Assembly (NCBI GenBank): GCA_022813965.1
Contig: JALDZS010000003.1
Coordinates: forward strand, 248,001 to 312,000
Direction of reading: 5' to 3'
From: Toensbergia leucococca
Taxonomy: Eukaryota
Length of the DNA: 64,000 nucleotides
Shown here piece after piece: positions 26,421 to 37,163 of the stretch. The notes beneath the pieces are model-generated. The model did no database searches. It saw only the letters and a list, made by a program, of their open reading frames with translations, and was not told the origin of the DNA. The stretch's first letter is position 1, and each line of letters starts with the position of its first letter. The translations under genes and the position numbers were made by a program.

Positions 26421-28264
26421 ACCGGCAAAAAAGCCACCAAAGCTATCATCACCTCAACCTCCCTCAAAAGTCCAACACCCTTCTCAACGCTTACGCATTC
26501 ACCTGCCCCCTGAAAAATATAAAAGGTGGTTTCAGCATGTAGGGATCTGAGACCCCCCTGTGGTCTTGTTAGGCGGGTATGTGGTGATCTGCTTCGTTTG
26601 TGTCGTGTCGTGTCGGTTTGAAAGGGGTTAGGTTTTTGGGGAGGATTTTGAGTTGTGGAGATGATTGTGTAGGCACTGGCTTTGCTTTGAGTTTGGATGG
26701 TGGATTGAGGATGAGATAGGCAGCTGAGGGTGTTGTGATAGCGTGTTGGCTATGAGTTTGGTACAGATATTCATGTGTCCGAATCAGAGTCGTTTGGAAG
26801 ATGTGTTTTGAATAAAGTGAATCTTTGCGAACGAAACTGCCCTGATTTCTTTCTGATTCAGTTCTATTATCTATCTCTTTGCAACCCGCGTGAAAAATCC
26901 GCCCTTGAATCCTCAAGCTCATCACCGCCCTTTCCTCACACCTACCCGGCCCCGGGGAATCATTTTAAGTCAATCTTCTTCGCTAGTTCCTCATCCTGCA
27001 CTCCTGCCGGCTTAGCCTACGATACATCGCCGCCAGCTTCCCGTTAATACTTTAGTTGCCCCGTGCAGATTGCACGCACCTAGTACCGTTGTTGGTTGAT
27101 TTCTCCTTTTCAGAGATCAGCTGGGGGAATGCTTAAGTTTTTCCCAATGCTGTTGAAAAAGTTCGGTTTCTTTGATTAACTTTGGTAACTTGTATTAGCG
27201 TTGGTGGGTGTGAATTGATCATGGATTTTTTTAAGAAGATTGTTTTGAATAGCTGAGATTTTCTGGAACTCTTTTTTGATATTTGAGATTTAGGAATCGG
27301 CGCGTAAGATTGTCCCTTTGAGAGTATGTTGGCTTGCGGGAATCGTATGGGAAGTCGCGCTGATACCGGTTAATGGGTTGAGTTTGCTATCATTGTCCAT
27401 TGGAATGCTGTTTCTTGGTAGGTATCGGCAGTATGGCTACGCAATTTCGGTGGAGCGTAGCATTTCGTGATCTAGTATTGACACAGTTCTCTGCGTGGGC
27501 TGTCTTGTCATTGGCGTAAGAAACATAGCCCTCCCGTGACTCGGATTTATTGGAGTCGAGTTCGGAATAGAGAGGTGGGTTTGCGCGTTGTGGATGACTT
27601 TCTTTTTTCTGAATTGAGTTTTGATGATTGTATATTAGATGTGAGAAATGTAATTGGAAATGAAACCCCTTCCAAGGAGGTAAGATGCGAGTCTTCATCG
27701 TGACCCTCTTGAACAATTAGTTTTCTTATCATTTAACCTGTATATAGCTTGTGTCGTCCTGCATTCGTATTGTAACTTAGTCTCAATAACAACCTTCTTT
27801 AGCATCTTGCCTTTATTCCAGTCGATCTACGTCTTTGAGCCGGTATCACGTAGCCTGTAACGTCAGGTTTTATTAAAGTAAAGTAGTTTCTCAACCCTCT
27901 TTATCTCCCAGTTTTTATGGTAATGGGTCACTGTTATCGAGCCTATGTTTTCGAACTTGAATTCGTGGATTTGTGTCGTCGAACCTGTATCGCGCTGCCT
28001 CTATGTTTGTAGACTGCCCACCGTCATCCACCATGTATCATCCTGCTTTTGTATGGCGTAGCATGTCCCCGTTCAGCTTGCGATGAAATTCCTCCTCCAT
28101 CACAACTAAAATATCTAAGCTTGTGTCGCCGAGCCTATGATATCAATTGGCATCGTCGGACCTCTGTTTCGTTAGACTTGTGTCGTCCCGCATGTTCATA
28201 GTACACTCACTCTCCAACACGACCATCTTTATTGTCAACCAATTTCATATCCACAGACATTGAG

Positions 28265-29715
28265 TCAAGCATTGTCTGCTTCCGCTTTGACCTGGGCCTC
28301 CCTCATTTCTTTCTCGACCGCCTTACGGAAAGACTCATGTGTGGTATGGTCGAAGGCATACCGATCTTTTCCGGTCCAAGGACCAATGTAATGCTTCAAT
28401 TCATGCCCTCGAAAGAGCACGACGGCACCGGCCTGGTAACCCTCAAGACATAGGCCGAGTTGGTTAAAGCACAACGCTCAACCTTCAAACTCACCCAGTT
28501 GCACCAGTCCCGTCAGACCCCTGCGCCAGTCGTAGGCGTCATCATGCTCGTCCGTTGATCTATTACAGACGACGACTCGGAGACAGTACGTCTCAGGGTG
28601 ACCCTTATTGGTAGGTGGCAAGCGTGCAAACTTTGGGGAGTATTTGTACACCCTTCGATACTCTTCACGCAAGATCGGATCCCAGACACCGAACCAGAAG
28701 TCCAAAATCCGAGTCATGGTTCCTCCAGTGTTTTCTAAAAACTGTAAGAGCAATTGTTTAACTCCAGCATTTGGTCTCAACGAGTCACTTGTCTCAAATA
28801 TAGGGCCTGTTGGGTTGCTTGATGCATGCCAATGACCGTAATGATCGGTCCCACAATCCTTTTCCTCTGGGTGAGGATTTCTCGATAAATGTTCAGGATG
28901 TGATAGGTGACGGTTATTGTTTCCAGACCATGGACGTTAGAGAAAGTAGAACAACCGAGCGTCTTGTAGCATTCTCCTCACTGTACCCGGACCGAAGGCA
29001 CGATCCAAACCATCGGGGTCACAAAATACTATCAGAGTATCGTTTTTGTCGAAGCCGGTATAAATGACATCGTGGGATATTCTTCGGAGAATACCGTTCT
29101 GTTCTAATTGAGCAATACCATTCCGAATATATATATATATTCCCGATCCGTTATGTCCCATTGAGCCCATTTCCCCCTGACAAATTGAAGAGCCTTCCAT
29201 AAGTCAGTGTCTTTCTTCACACGATCTGCTTCCCGCTCAAGCTCTGGCCAAATTCCCACATTCTCCCAGACTTCCTTGTAGACCGAAGCTAATTTCTCCT
29301 GTATCCGGGGATGTGCAGGCGTCTTGGCTTTGTGTTTGGCCATCCGCAGTTGGACAATCTTCAGATGAGGTTGAGCTGGTGCCAGTACATCAACCTCAGC
29401 ACTGACTTTGGATTCGATTTGGCTGTTCCGAAATGGGCGCTCATCAGTCTAGTCGAGATTTAGATACTTCTCGTATCGTGCAGGTCTGCCCTGAAATACA
29501 TAATCTACCGTAATGATTTCATTGGTGGTGTCTATGGGCACTGGAGAACGAAGCTTGCATTGATTTGTCTGTATGCTTCTTTCGATCTCTTGTCTTATCT
29601 GCCTTTCATAAAGTTGCAGGTCGTAAGCTCCTCCAACTTGAGAAAATGGCCCAGGCTTTCGATCCCATATCAAGAATTTACCGAGAAACTGTCCAGAAGT
29701 CAGAAATTTGTCCAA
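28265..29715 (-). pseudogene. TET/JBP-like 2OG-Fe(II) dioxygenase pseudogene
   Basis: Reconstructed frame has GTDHYGHW, NRSTDEHDD (HxD, 28538-28546), GLVQLGEFEG*ALCFNQLGL, FRGHELKHYIGPWTGKDRY (distal His and 2OG-binding Arg). Disrupted by stops at 29449, 28937 and 28478 and a frameshift in a (TA)n run at 29127-29141. Confidence 0.65.
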
Positions 29716-30843
29716 TGGCGATCATAGCATACATCTTCGTTCACAAGACCAGATTGCAGCACTGCACTTACAGCTGCATGAACACGCTTAGTGTCTGTGT
29801 TGGTGGCCTTATCTGGCTTCTGGCCTCTGTTGTTGTCATTGAAAGCCATGGCTCTTTATGACACTTAAGCTGGACCTTTCGAAGCAAGAGGCGAATCAAG
29901 ACGATACTTTGTTCGCTCAAGAATGAGAACTTATTGCTCTCCGAGTCTTCGGAATTGTAGGAAAATCTTACGCGGAATTGACAGTGTTCAAGACCGAGTG
30001 GTAGATGCTCAAACACACAGCGTGAGTTAATTTCACCCTCGTAAGGGAGTGAAGTATGCCGAGAGCGCCAAGGTGTAGACGATGCAATCTTGAGGGAATA
30101 CCGAACTTCCTCTCCTGCGCCGACGCGGTCCCGTACACTCATATTTATACGAGCAGATGTATACGTATACACACGCACACATATATACATAGAATTCTAG
30201 TTTCGAGCAGTATAACTTGATCCTGGAGTGCGAGAGATCCAGTGTACTGATCATATCTTGAACCGCTCGAAGACCTAATATCATGTCCTATATCCGAAGG
30301 CCTTAAGGTCCAGGTTGCAGGACCTATAACCTAATTAAACTTTGGAGATGGAGACTGCAAGGTATGTGAACAGTCGGTTACTCAAGCATGTCATGCCAAC
30401 ATGCTGTTTTACTGCCAGCTGGAGGCATGCTCGTATACAATAAGTGTATAAGTTTACACCTGAATCCGTCAGCAGCAACACTTAAAAGCTTCCAAACCTC
30501 GTCGTCTTCTACTCACCGAGATACGTTGCGTCGAGTATCAGCCCGCTCTTAAATGATCTTTATTATACAAAAGAATATGCTTTTCCCTCTCCTTCAAGTC
30601 GAGGTTTATATATACGCATTGTAGAGCCTGTCGATAGGCGCTGCTGTTATTTTTAAGAACATCCATTCGAATTCCTTCCATGATGATTCTGCTACAGCAA
30701 AATACTATTCATATTGAGCGTCTAGATTTTATCTTGTCTAACGTCTGCATTTTCAGGCGGTAGTGGTGCCACTTAGACTCCTCCTATTGAGTTATTTCTT
30801 GACGCTTAAAGACTTGTTCTTTTATTTCTTCGAATCACTAAGC

Positions 30844-31310
30844 TCAATGTTCTGAGCTCTTGCCCTTTGGGGTGCCCGTAGTGGCAGTGACGACCTTGGT
30901 CCGCTTCTTAGTAGGAGTAGTGGGCCCGTCGGTAGCGGAAGCCTTGGCTGCTTTTTTACGCGGTGTTTTGACCGGGGTGGTGCCGGTGGAGGGGGCGTTG
31001 TCGGCGTCCTTCTGGGCTTCGGCCTCGGCCTCAGCGGCTAGTCCTTTCAATTTGGCGACTTGGTGATTCAGCGCTTTGGCGATTACGCCTTTGTGATGAG
31101 GAGGGTGTGGCTAGTTGAATTGGTGTATGTGGGGGACTTCACAGACAGCATTTAGCTGTGACATTTCTTGACGATACTTTTTTTGCCGAAGCAGTTGGTC
31201 TCGAACTAAATGATGTCTTGTGTTGAGCAGTAAGCAACTAGAGGAGCCCAAGACTGGAATCCATGTTCCATGACGAGCTGATCGATGCATTCCTCAAAGT
31301 CCAAGGGCAT
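30844..31310 (-). pseudogene. Probable degenerate small Lys/Thr/Pro-rich fungal nuclear protein gene
   Basis: After an AG at about 31090 reads GVIAKALNHQVAKLKGLAAEAE..TPVKTPRKK..TPTKKR; candidate start MPLDFEECIDQL at 31310 with a TATATA box at about 31340; middle exons unresolved. Confidence 0.4.
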
Positions 31311-31809
31311 CAAATAAAGTCAGCCAATTTTGAGCTTTCTTATATATTTTGCCGCTGCCCTGCTGACTGACTCGCAGGTGGATACTCTATGGAATGTTCA
31401 TGTGAAAATCATGTGTCCTTCGTATAGCTGGATTCGAGGGATTCCGTCGGGCAATCCGGTGAGAGGTGTGTTTGCGGGACGGTAACAACACCACCCATCT
31501 ACTGATAGGGTTCTCCTCCCTACGTTCTGATTCCGAGCAATCAGACGATATTGATGCAAATTAATATGATTTGCAATGACTTACATAGGGTGGATGAAGC
31601 CACGGAAAGAGCCCGGGTAAAATTTGGAGGGAGAGGCCAAGCTAATTCTGAGACTGGCTTTTTCATAGGCCAAGGCTACTGTGTCATAGGCCGTTGAAGA
31701 GGGCAGCTGCCCTTCCGTTCGCTGACGTTGTCCAATTTGATTTGTTCCCGTGATCCATCAGCACTTACGAAGTATGGCACTGATGGTGTTGATGGTGTAT
31801 CGAACGAAG

Positions 31810-31848
31810 TGAAGAATGAAGAATGAAAAATGAAGAATGAAGAATGAA
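31810..31848 (+). repeat. 7-bp tandem repeat (TGAAGAA)n
   Basis: TGAAGAA TGAAGAA TGAAAAA TGAAGAA TGAAGAA TGAA read directly. Confidence 0.85.
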
Positions 31849-33801
31849 TTGAAATGTGATTTTACCACCCCTCGGCGCGCGTATAATAAAGCAAGCGCCA
31901 GGTGTTAAGTCCTCTCTGAGCCCTATTAAAAACGTTTAATTAAACTAACTAGCACCTACTCTATACTTTATCTTCATTACTTACCATCTACCAACTTTCT
32001 TAAAACCCAACTCTTCTCTTGCGAGGACATGGACCTCAATCTAAGCTACTTACCGCTCTTATTCGAGGTTGGTGACCAGTTCTACTTATCGATCCCGAAT
32101 TTATGAAGGGATAGAGTTAACAGCTCAGCCGCCCTGAATTGACTCAAGTAACCACACTTTCAAGTCACGTTTTCACTTCGGAGCAGAATACGTTTGAGCT
32201 TTGCGCGCAAGCTTAGCCGGCTCCACCATTGAACGCTGTTACAACACCAAGATGAGCTTGTTGAAGGAGAATAAAACTTTGACGATTTTAATCATGTGAA
32301 TTGGATGAGAGATCCGCAGATACTCAATTCAAGGCGGCTGCAAGTAATCCAGCGGCCTCTGAAATAACACAACAGCTTATGTAATCTTACATAAACCACA
32401 CGGTCATTGAGCCAGTCAATAACATAACAGATACTTAGAGGAGACGACCTGACGGACCAGCTGCACTGACTAAAGATCAAATGAATGGCTGGTTCAACGG
32501 ATTTATTAAAGATGCCCTTAACGTATATCGCGAAGAGCTACTACGGTAAGTAAATCTAGTCGCACTCCATATAGTTGACAAATCGCAAAGCATTCCTTCG
32601 GACAAATGAGTAACGCGCAAAGTCTACGGGCCGTATACGCTGGCCTCATTTTAGATTGTTCACATCCGGTGCGGTCCTAAGTCGCCTTTTCTTTCCTGTG
32701 TATCTCGGAAGACTTTGGGACTGTCGGGGGAGTTGCTTTGCAGCGCCCTCATTGTGTCATAGTAGGGGCAAGTGTTATGTTTGCGTAGGTACGCCCAGAT
32801 GCTGCAGAAATTGACTGCCGAAATTGGAAGATGAGGTGTAGCCCGTTTTATTGAACGAATATAGATTTTTGCAGCTTGATAGACACGATGTGAGTCAAGC
32901 TATGGTATAGTGAATGGATCTGGTTTGGGAGAATTCCATCTTATCTAGTGCTTTGTTGACTTGAGTCTAATAGAACTGCACACATCATAGGGACGGCAGA
33001 GCTTTTTATCTCCTCAGGGTGTTGATGTAAGGTAGTTAGTGCCAAGTAGGGCCCTTGAAACGATAATTTGTTTGCTCAAAGTTGCAGTGGTATAGATGAG
33101 GCAAGGTGGGAGACAGATAAGCTTCACAACTAAAGCTCCGCATGGTAAAAAGTATGAGCCGAGAGTGCAAGAAGAAGTCAGTCCAGAAGCTCTCATTCTC
33201 ACACTGTACCTCTGAGTATTATGCCAATCTTTCTGGAGTTTTCTGATTTTGCGGTATTGCTGTTCATGTTTTCCATGCCTTTCAGCGTTCTTTGTGACAC
33301 TTGAGCTTGAGTGCAACAAGAAGCATGTCTTGTCGTGATTAATCGACATTTATTTTCCCGATTGTACATGTTGTATTTGCAGGTTGAAGGAGGCATTGAG
33401 TAAGACCTTGAACACTTTGCTTGATCTACTTTGCTTGCTTTTGTTCGTGGCTCGTCTTTACAGAACACCCGTTAGCTATGTTGACTGATCCACGCCCAGC
33501 TCGGTCCAAAGCTCAATAAGCATACTAACCAGCACTAGATCACGAAACTTTGGCACTTCGCAGCGTAGCACGTTCCATTTAAAAGACGGCGCTATCCTCA
33601 CGCCGTTCAGGGTGTCAGGGTACTCGTACCAGGTTCTTCGAAGATCACAAGAAGAGCATGGCCAAGACTTCGGGAAGACTATCCTATCACGTAATCATCC
33701 TTTAGCCCCTGTTGCCCTTAAATCAGGTATTGATAGGAGATAGGCAACCATAGCTACGCACTTCTATACATTTTCAAAGGTGCAGACGTTGTTTGTACAA
33801 G

Positions 33802-35424
33802 ATGATTCAAAAATCGGAGTTTTTATGGGCTCTTGCCATTGCGAACCTCTATTGGAGTCGCTTTGCCGCCGCTGCTGGAGTGGCGGATGGGTTCTGTGCA
33901 AGCCTCGCCCAGAATGACAACAACTACGAGGTAAATTACCTCGATGGCATCAGCATTCTGATGGTTCCCTATACCTGGTGCCTTGATAATTGCGCAGGAT
34001 GGACTGCATTTTCGGCAAAAGACGTCGCCCTCGTACTATTCCAATTTATCCTTCCAACGGTCATCTTCGCACTCGTTGTGCCCCGAAAGTGGCATTTGGA
34101 CCTCTCTCCTACCTCCTTTGATTTGACCGGCAGCTTCCCCTTACTCATTGCGAAGCTCCTAGCATCATTTATTGCTGTGGGAATCGTTGCATCGGTCGAC
34201 ATGATCATATGGATCAGCGTGATCTTAGCGCTCGCTGGACCTATGATCCTCAGCGGTGTTGAAGAGATGTATCTCGACTTCATCTCGATCAGGGCGCTTC
34301 AGAACACAGGTGCGCATGGCTTTACACCAGAAGAGCGGGTCAGCCTTTTGATCGCACTCCTTTGTGGGAACTTTGACGATCATGGGAATGGTGCAGCCAC
34401 AAATTTGAACACGACGCTGTCTACTTATGCTCCTGCAACGCCGGGGACTCCCACTTTGTATGCACGCAAAGCTCAGTTGAGCTCGATCATGAATGGTCAA
34501 GCGAATTTTGGATCCTCTATTGGCATTGCAACACTCTTCTTTCTTGCTGGATTCATATACAATGCCCTTAGCATCACGAATGATACTGTCCATGGTATCA
34601 ATTGGACTCCATATGCAGTTTGGTTGATGAGCATGGTATTTGTGGCCGTCGTGTCTGCCACACTACTCACTGGCAACAATCCAAGCGTTGCAACAGTGCT
34701 CGTGGGCACAACTTACCAACATGACGATCGACCCTGGTACTATTTGCTTGCCGATTACTACGAGGGAGAATTATACCCAGTATTCATGTACGACCGTGGA
34801 ATACGCAAAATGTTGTGGCTACAGCAAAGTGCAGCGGCGCGACATCCGTCATACCAACAGGTGATATATATGGATTATTGGGCATGGGCATGGATAGGCC
34901 TGCCCACAATGTTCCTCACGCTGTTCCCCAGCATCATGGGTTACTCCATGGCAAACCGGCTTCCATTCCCTAGACAAGGTTGCCGAACATTCACATATCT
35001 GTTATACATGTGCTGTCAAGTCTTGCTGGTGCTCATATCGGTCCAGAGAAACAGCCTAGGGGAATCTTTATTTTCATTTCCTAGCAAAACACCTGGCTGG
35101 AAAATCCTGTACGGTGTCGTCGTCATGCTTGCCATTCTAGCCACATTTATGATATCCCTACTCGGAAGCATTTTTCAGATCTTCGGCGTGTACAACAATT
35201 GCTTCTGCCAAAATTCTGTGAGTAAATGGACTTTACCCGCCAGTCAGCGATGGACTGAACTCGGTGGGTTTGATATGACGGACAGTTTTGAAGCGAGTAA
35301 TCACAGCTTTGCAGTAAGTATGGTCTGGGCTGCTGCTGGGCTGACGGGGGTGGTTTGTTATCTGGGGTTTTGGTATCAGAAGATGCTGAGGCGGGCTGTG
35401 GCGGTTGAGTTGGCCCAGTTGTGA
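33802..35424 (+). CDS. Multi-pass membrane protein of unknown function (about 540 aa, intronless)
   Basis: Signal-like N-terminus, Cys-containing loop (WCLDNCAGW), many hydrophobic segments, GCRTFTYLLY and GVYNNCFC. Confidence 0.8.
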   Translation: MIQKSEFLWALAIANLYWSRFAAAAGVADGFCASLAQNDNNYEVNYLDGISILMVPYTWCLDNCAGWTAFSAKDVALVLFQFILPTVIFALVVPRKWHLDLSPTSFDLTGSFPLLIAKLLASFIAVGIVASVDMIIWISVILALAGPMILSGVEEMYLDFISIRALQNTGAHGFTPEERVSLLIALLCGNFDDHGNGAATNLNTTLSTYAPATPGTPTLYARKAQLSSIMNGQANFGSSIGIATLFFLAGFIYNALSITNDTVHGINWTPYAVWLMSMVFVAVVSATLLTGNNPSVATVLVGTTYQHDDRPWYYLLADYYEGELYPVFMYDRGIRKMLWLQQSAAARHPSYQQVIYMDYWAWAWIGLPTMFLTLFPSIMGYSMANRLPFPRQGCRTFTYLLYMCCQVLLVLISVQRNSLGESLFSFPSKTPGWKILYGVVVMLAILATFMISLLGSIFQIFGVYNNCFCQNSVSKWTLPASQRWTELGGFDMTDSFEASNHSFAVSMVWAAAGLTGVVCYLGFWYQKMLRRAVAVELAQL

Positions 35425-35643
35425 AAGTTTGACAGTAGATGGCAATATATATCAAAGGACTGAAAGAGGTACTGATATCATGGGGAAAAAATAATATGAA
35501 TAACAAGGATTTCTTTATTGTAAGGGTGTTTTTTTTTCTAATCAATTGACTAGACTTGATTCCATCTCATAGCTTTTTCTCTCTTTATCAGAAAAAAACA
35601 TATTGACTAAAAGAAACATAACAAGCTTTGAGGGGATAAATGA

Positions 35644-36104
35644 AGGGTATTGCTAATCCTACACCCCCCCCCCCAACTAGTGCCCGGGCGCAAAATCACT
35701 GAGGGAAATGTCATCATTCTGCACTACATTTTGCCTTAATTCTCTATCACCTTTGCATGTCTTACACCTCATGATTCCGCGACAATCTATCACCTTCACT
35801 GCGGTAGGGAAGCATCCTGATATTGTATCACATTTTCACCTAATTCTCCACCTCAATAATTGCGCCCGGGGGGTGATCGTGCGCCCGAGGGTGAGGGAAT
35901 CAAGTCAGGATGTGATACAAAAGCATGGTTTTTCTTCTAAGTAATTTGGGTTCTAGATGGCACGCAAATGGAACAAGTAAATGACTTGTATGATGAGGGG
36001 GGAATCAAGGCAAATTGTGTTGTAGAATGATAACATTTCTCTCAGTGATTTCGTGCCCGGGCACTAGTTGAGGAGGGGGGTGTAGGTAGGATTAGCAATA
36101 CCCT
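35644..36104. mobile_element. MITE with long terminal inverted repeats (family A, copy 1)
   Basis: AGGGTATTGCTAATCCTAC..AACTAGTGCCCGGGCGCAAAATCACTGAGGGAAATG on the left is mirrored by CATTTCTCTCAGTGATTTCGTGCCCGGGCACTAGTT..GTAGGATTAGCAATACCCT on the right; homologous to 48164-48775. Confidence 0.85.
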
Positions 36105-36149
36105 AATTTATTACATGTAATCTAATTCTAATTTGAGTATTGATACATG

Positions 36150-36390
36150 ATACACGGACACCCCCTGGCACCCCTTCGCGCGTAAGATCACAGAGGGGAA
36201 TTTCATCATTCTCGATTCCACAACATACTCATGACTCGATCCCTCACCGTTTTGCATATTCTACCTATATTCCATGCTAGGTGTTTAGGAGCAGCCTAAC
36301 CTAGGGAAATATAGCGATTTATACCCTAATTAGAGTTGGTTTCAACCCCTGGCATAATCGCAGGGAAATCATCACCATTTCAACATCATC
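36150..36390. mobile_element. Older fragments of the family A MITE TIR
   Basis: GATACACGGACACCCCC..GATCACAGAGGGGAATTTCATCATTCT resembles 48193 GATACAAGGACACCCCCCC..ATCACTGAGGGAAATCTTATCATTCT; a second AGGGAAATCATCACCATT lies at 36362. Confidence 0.55.
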
Positions 36391-37163
36391 CTCTACCTAA
36401 AATGACTACAATCCGAAAGCCAGAGACAGGTAATTATCCACATGTGCGCAAGTAGGGGCGATAGGATGATGAAGTACATGTGTTGGCCAATTCATGTATT
36501 CTTGCTATTCTAAACTTGGACCACCACCGTTTTAAATAGATCTCTAGCAAAGAGCGCCCATGCCAACACCCAACCAACACGCCACAAGGCCGCAGGACCA
36601 CCATGGACAGCAGCAGGATCATCACAGAAGCGCACAATCAGTGTCGACACCAGATATCATTTAAAAAAAGAAAAAGCCAACTCGGCGTACCAAATGATGA
36701 GACGGAGATATCCTTTGCAAACCAACGGCCAGCCTTGCTCATCCACTTGTATGAAGGATTGACTCTACATTTCAAACTTGATCCTATGCAGACAGTCAAC
36801 CGCACCATTGTTGCAGTACTATCTTTGTGCTATATCTGCAGGTACATCTTCTTCATTGAAACATGGTGTTCCCCGAAAATTCGATTCATCGTCAGCGAGA
36901 TCGCTGTTGCAAACCTCGTTGTTGCCGATGATAATTTGGGGAGAGGGGAGAATCGTCCTTTATCAATGCAATGTCGCGCTTACTCATGATTCTGAATTCT
37001 CCCTTCCCAAAGGAAAATCTATCTGTACAGTTTCCCGCTTGTTGTTCTTACGCCATAGCACTATCGTAACGCCAGGCGCGGAGATAGAAATCGCCTCTAC
37101 TCGGAGAGTCAGGTTAGCATGGCCAATATTATTCTTTTGTGATCCAGAATCCTGATCTCTGCC

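Noticed and set aside
27730..28240. CRISPR-like repeat-spacer array
   Set aside because: Repeats are short, degenerate and irregularly spaced; eukaryotic context and no cas genes.
29768..30284. ORFs upstream of the TET-like pseudogene as its N-terminus or a transposase
   Set aside because: No KDZ, CxC or DDE motifs recognised and the frame could not be linked.
32030..32550. Protein-like fragments (..LTKDQMNGWFNGFIKDALNVYREELLR)
   Set aside because: Too short and broken to assign without a search.
36603..37155. Two overlapping ORFs of about 125 aa as an immunity gene for the deaminase-like protein
   Set aside because: No motif, coding-like composition or splice support; more likely promoter or 5' UTR.
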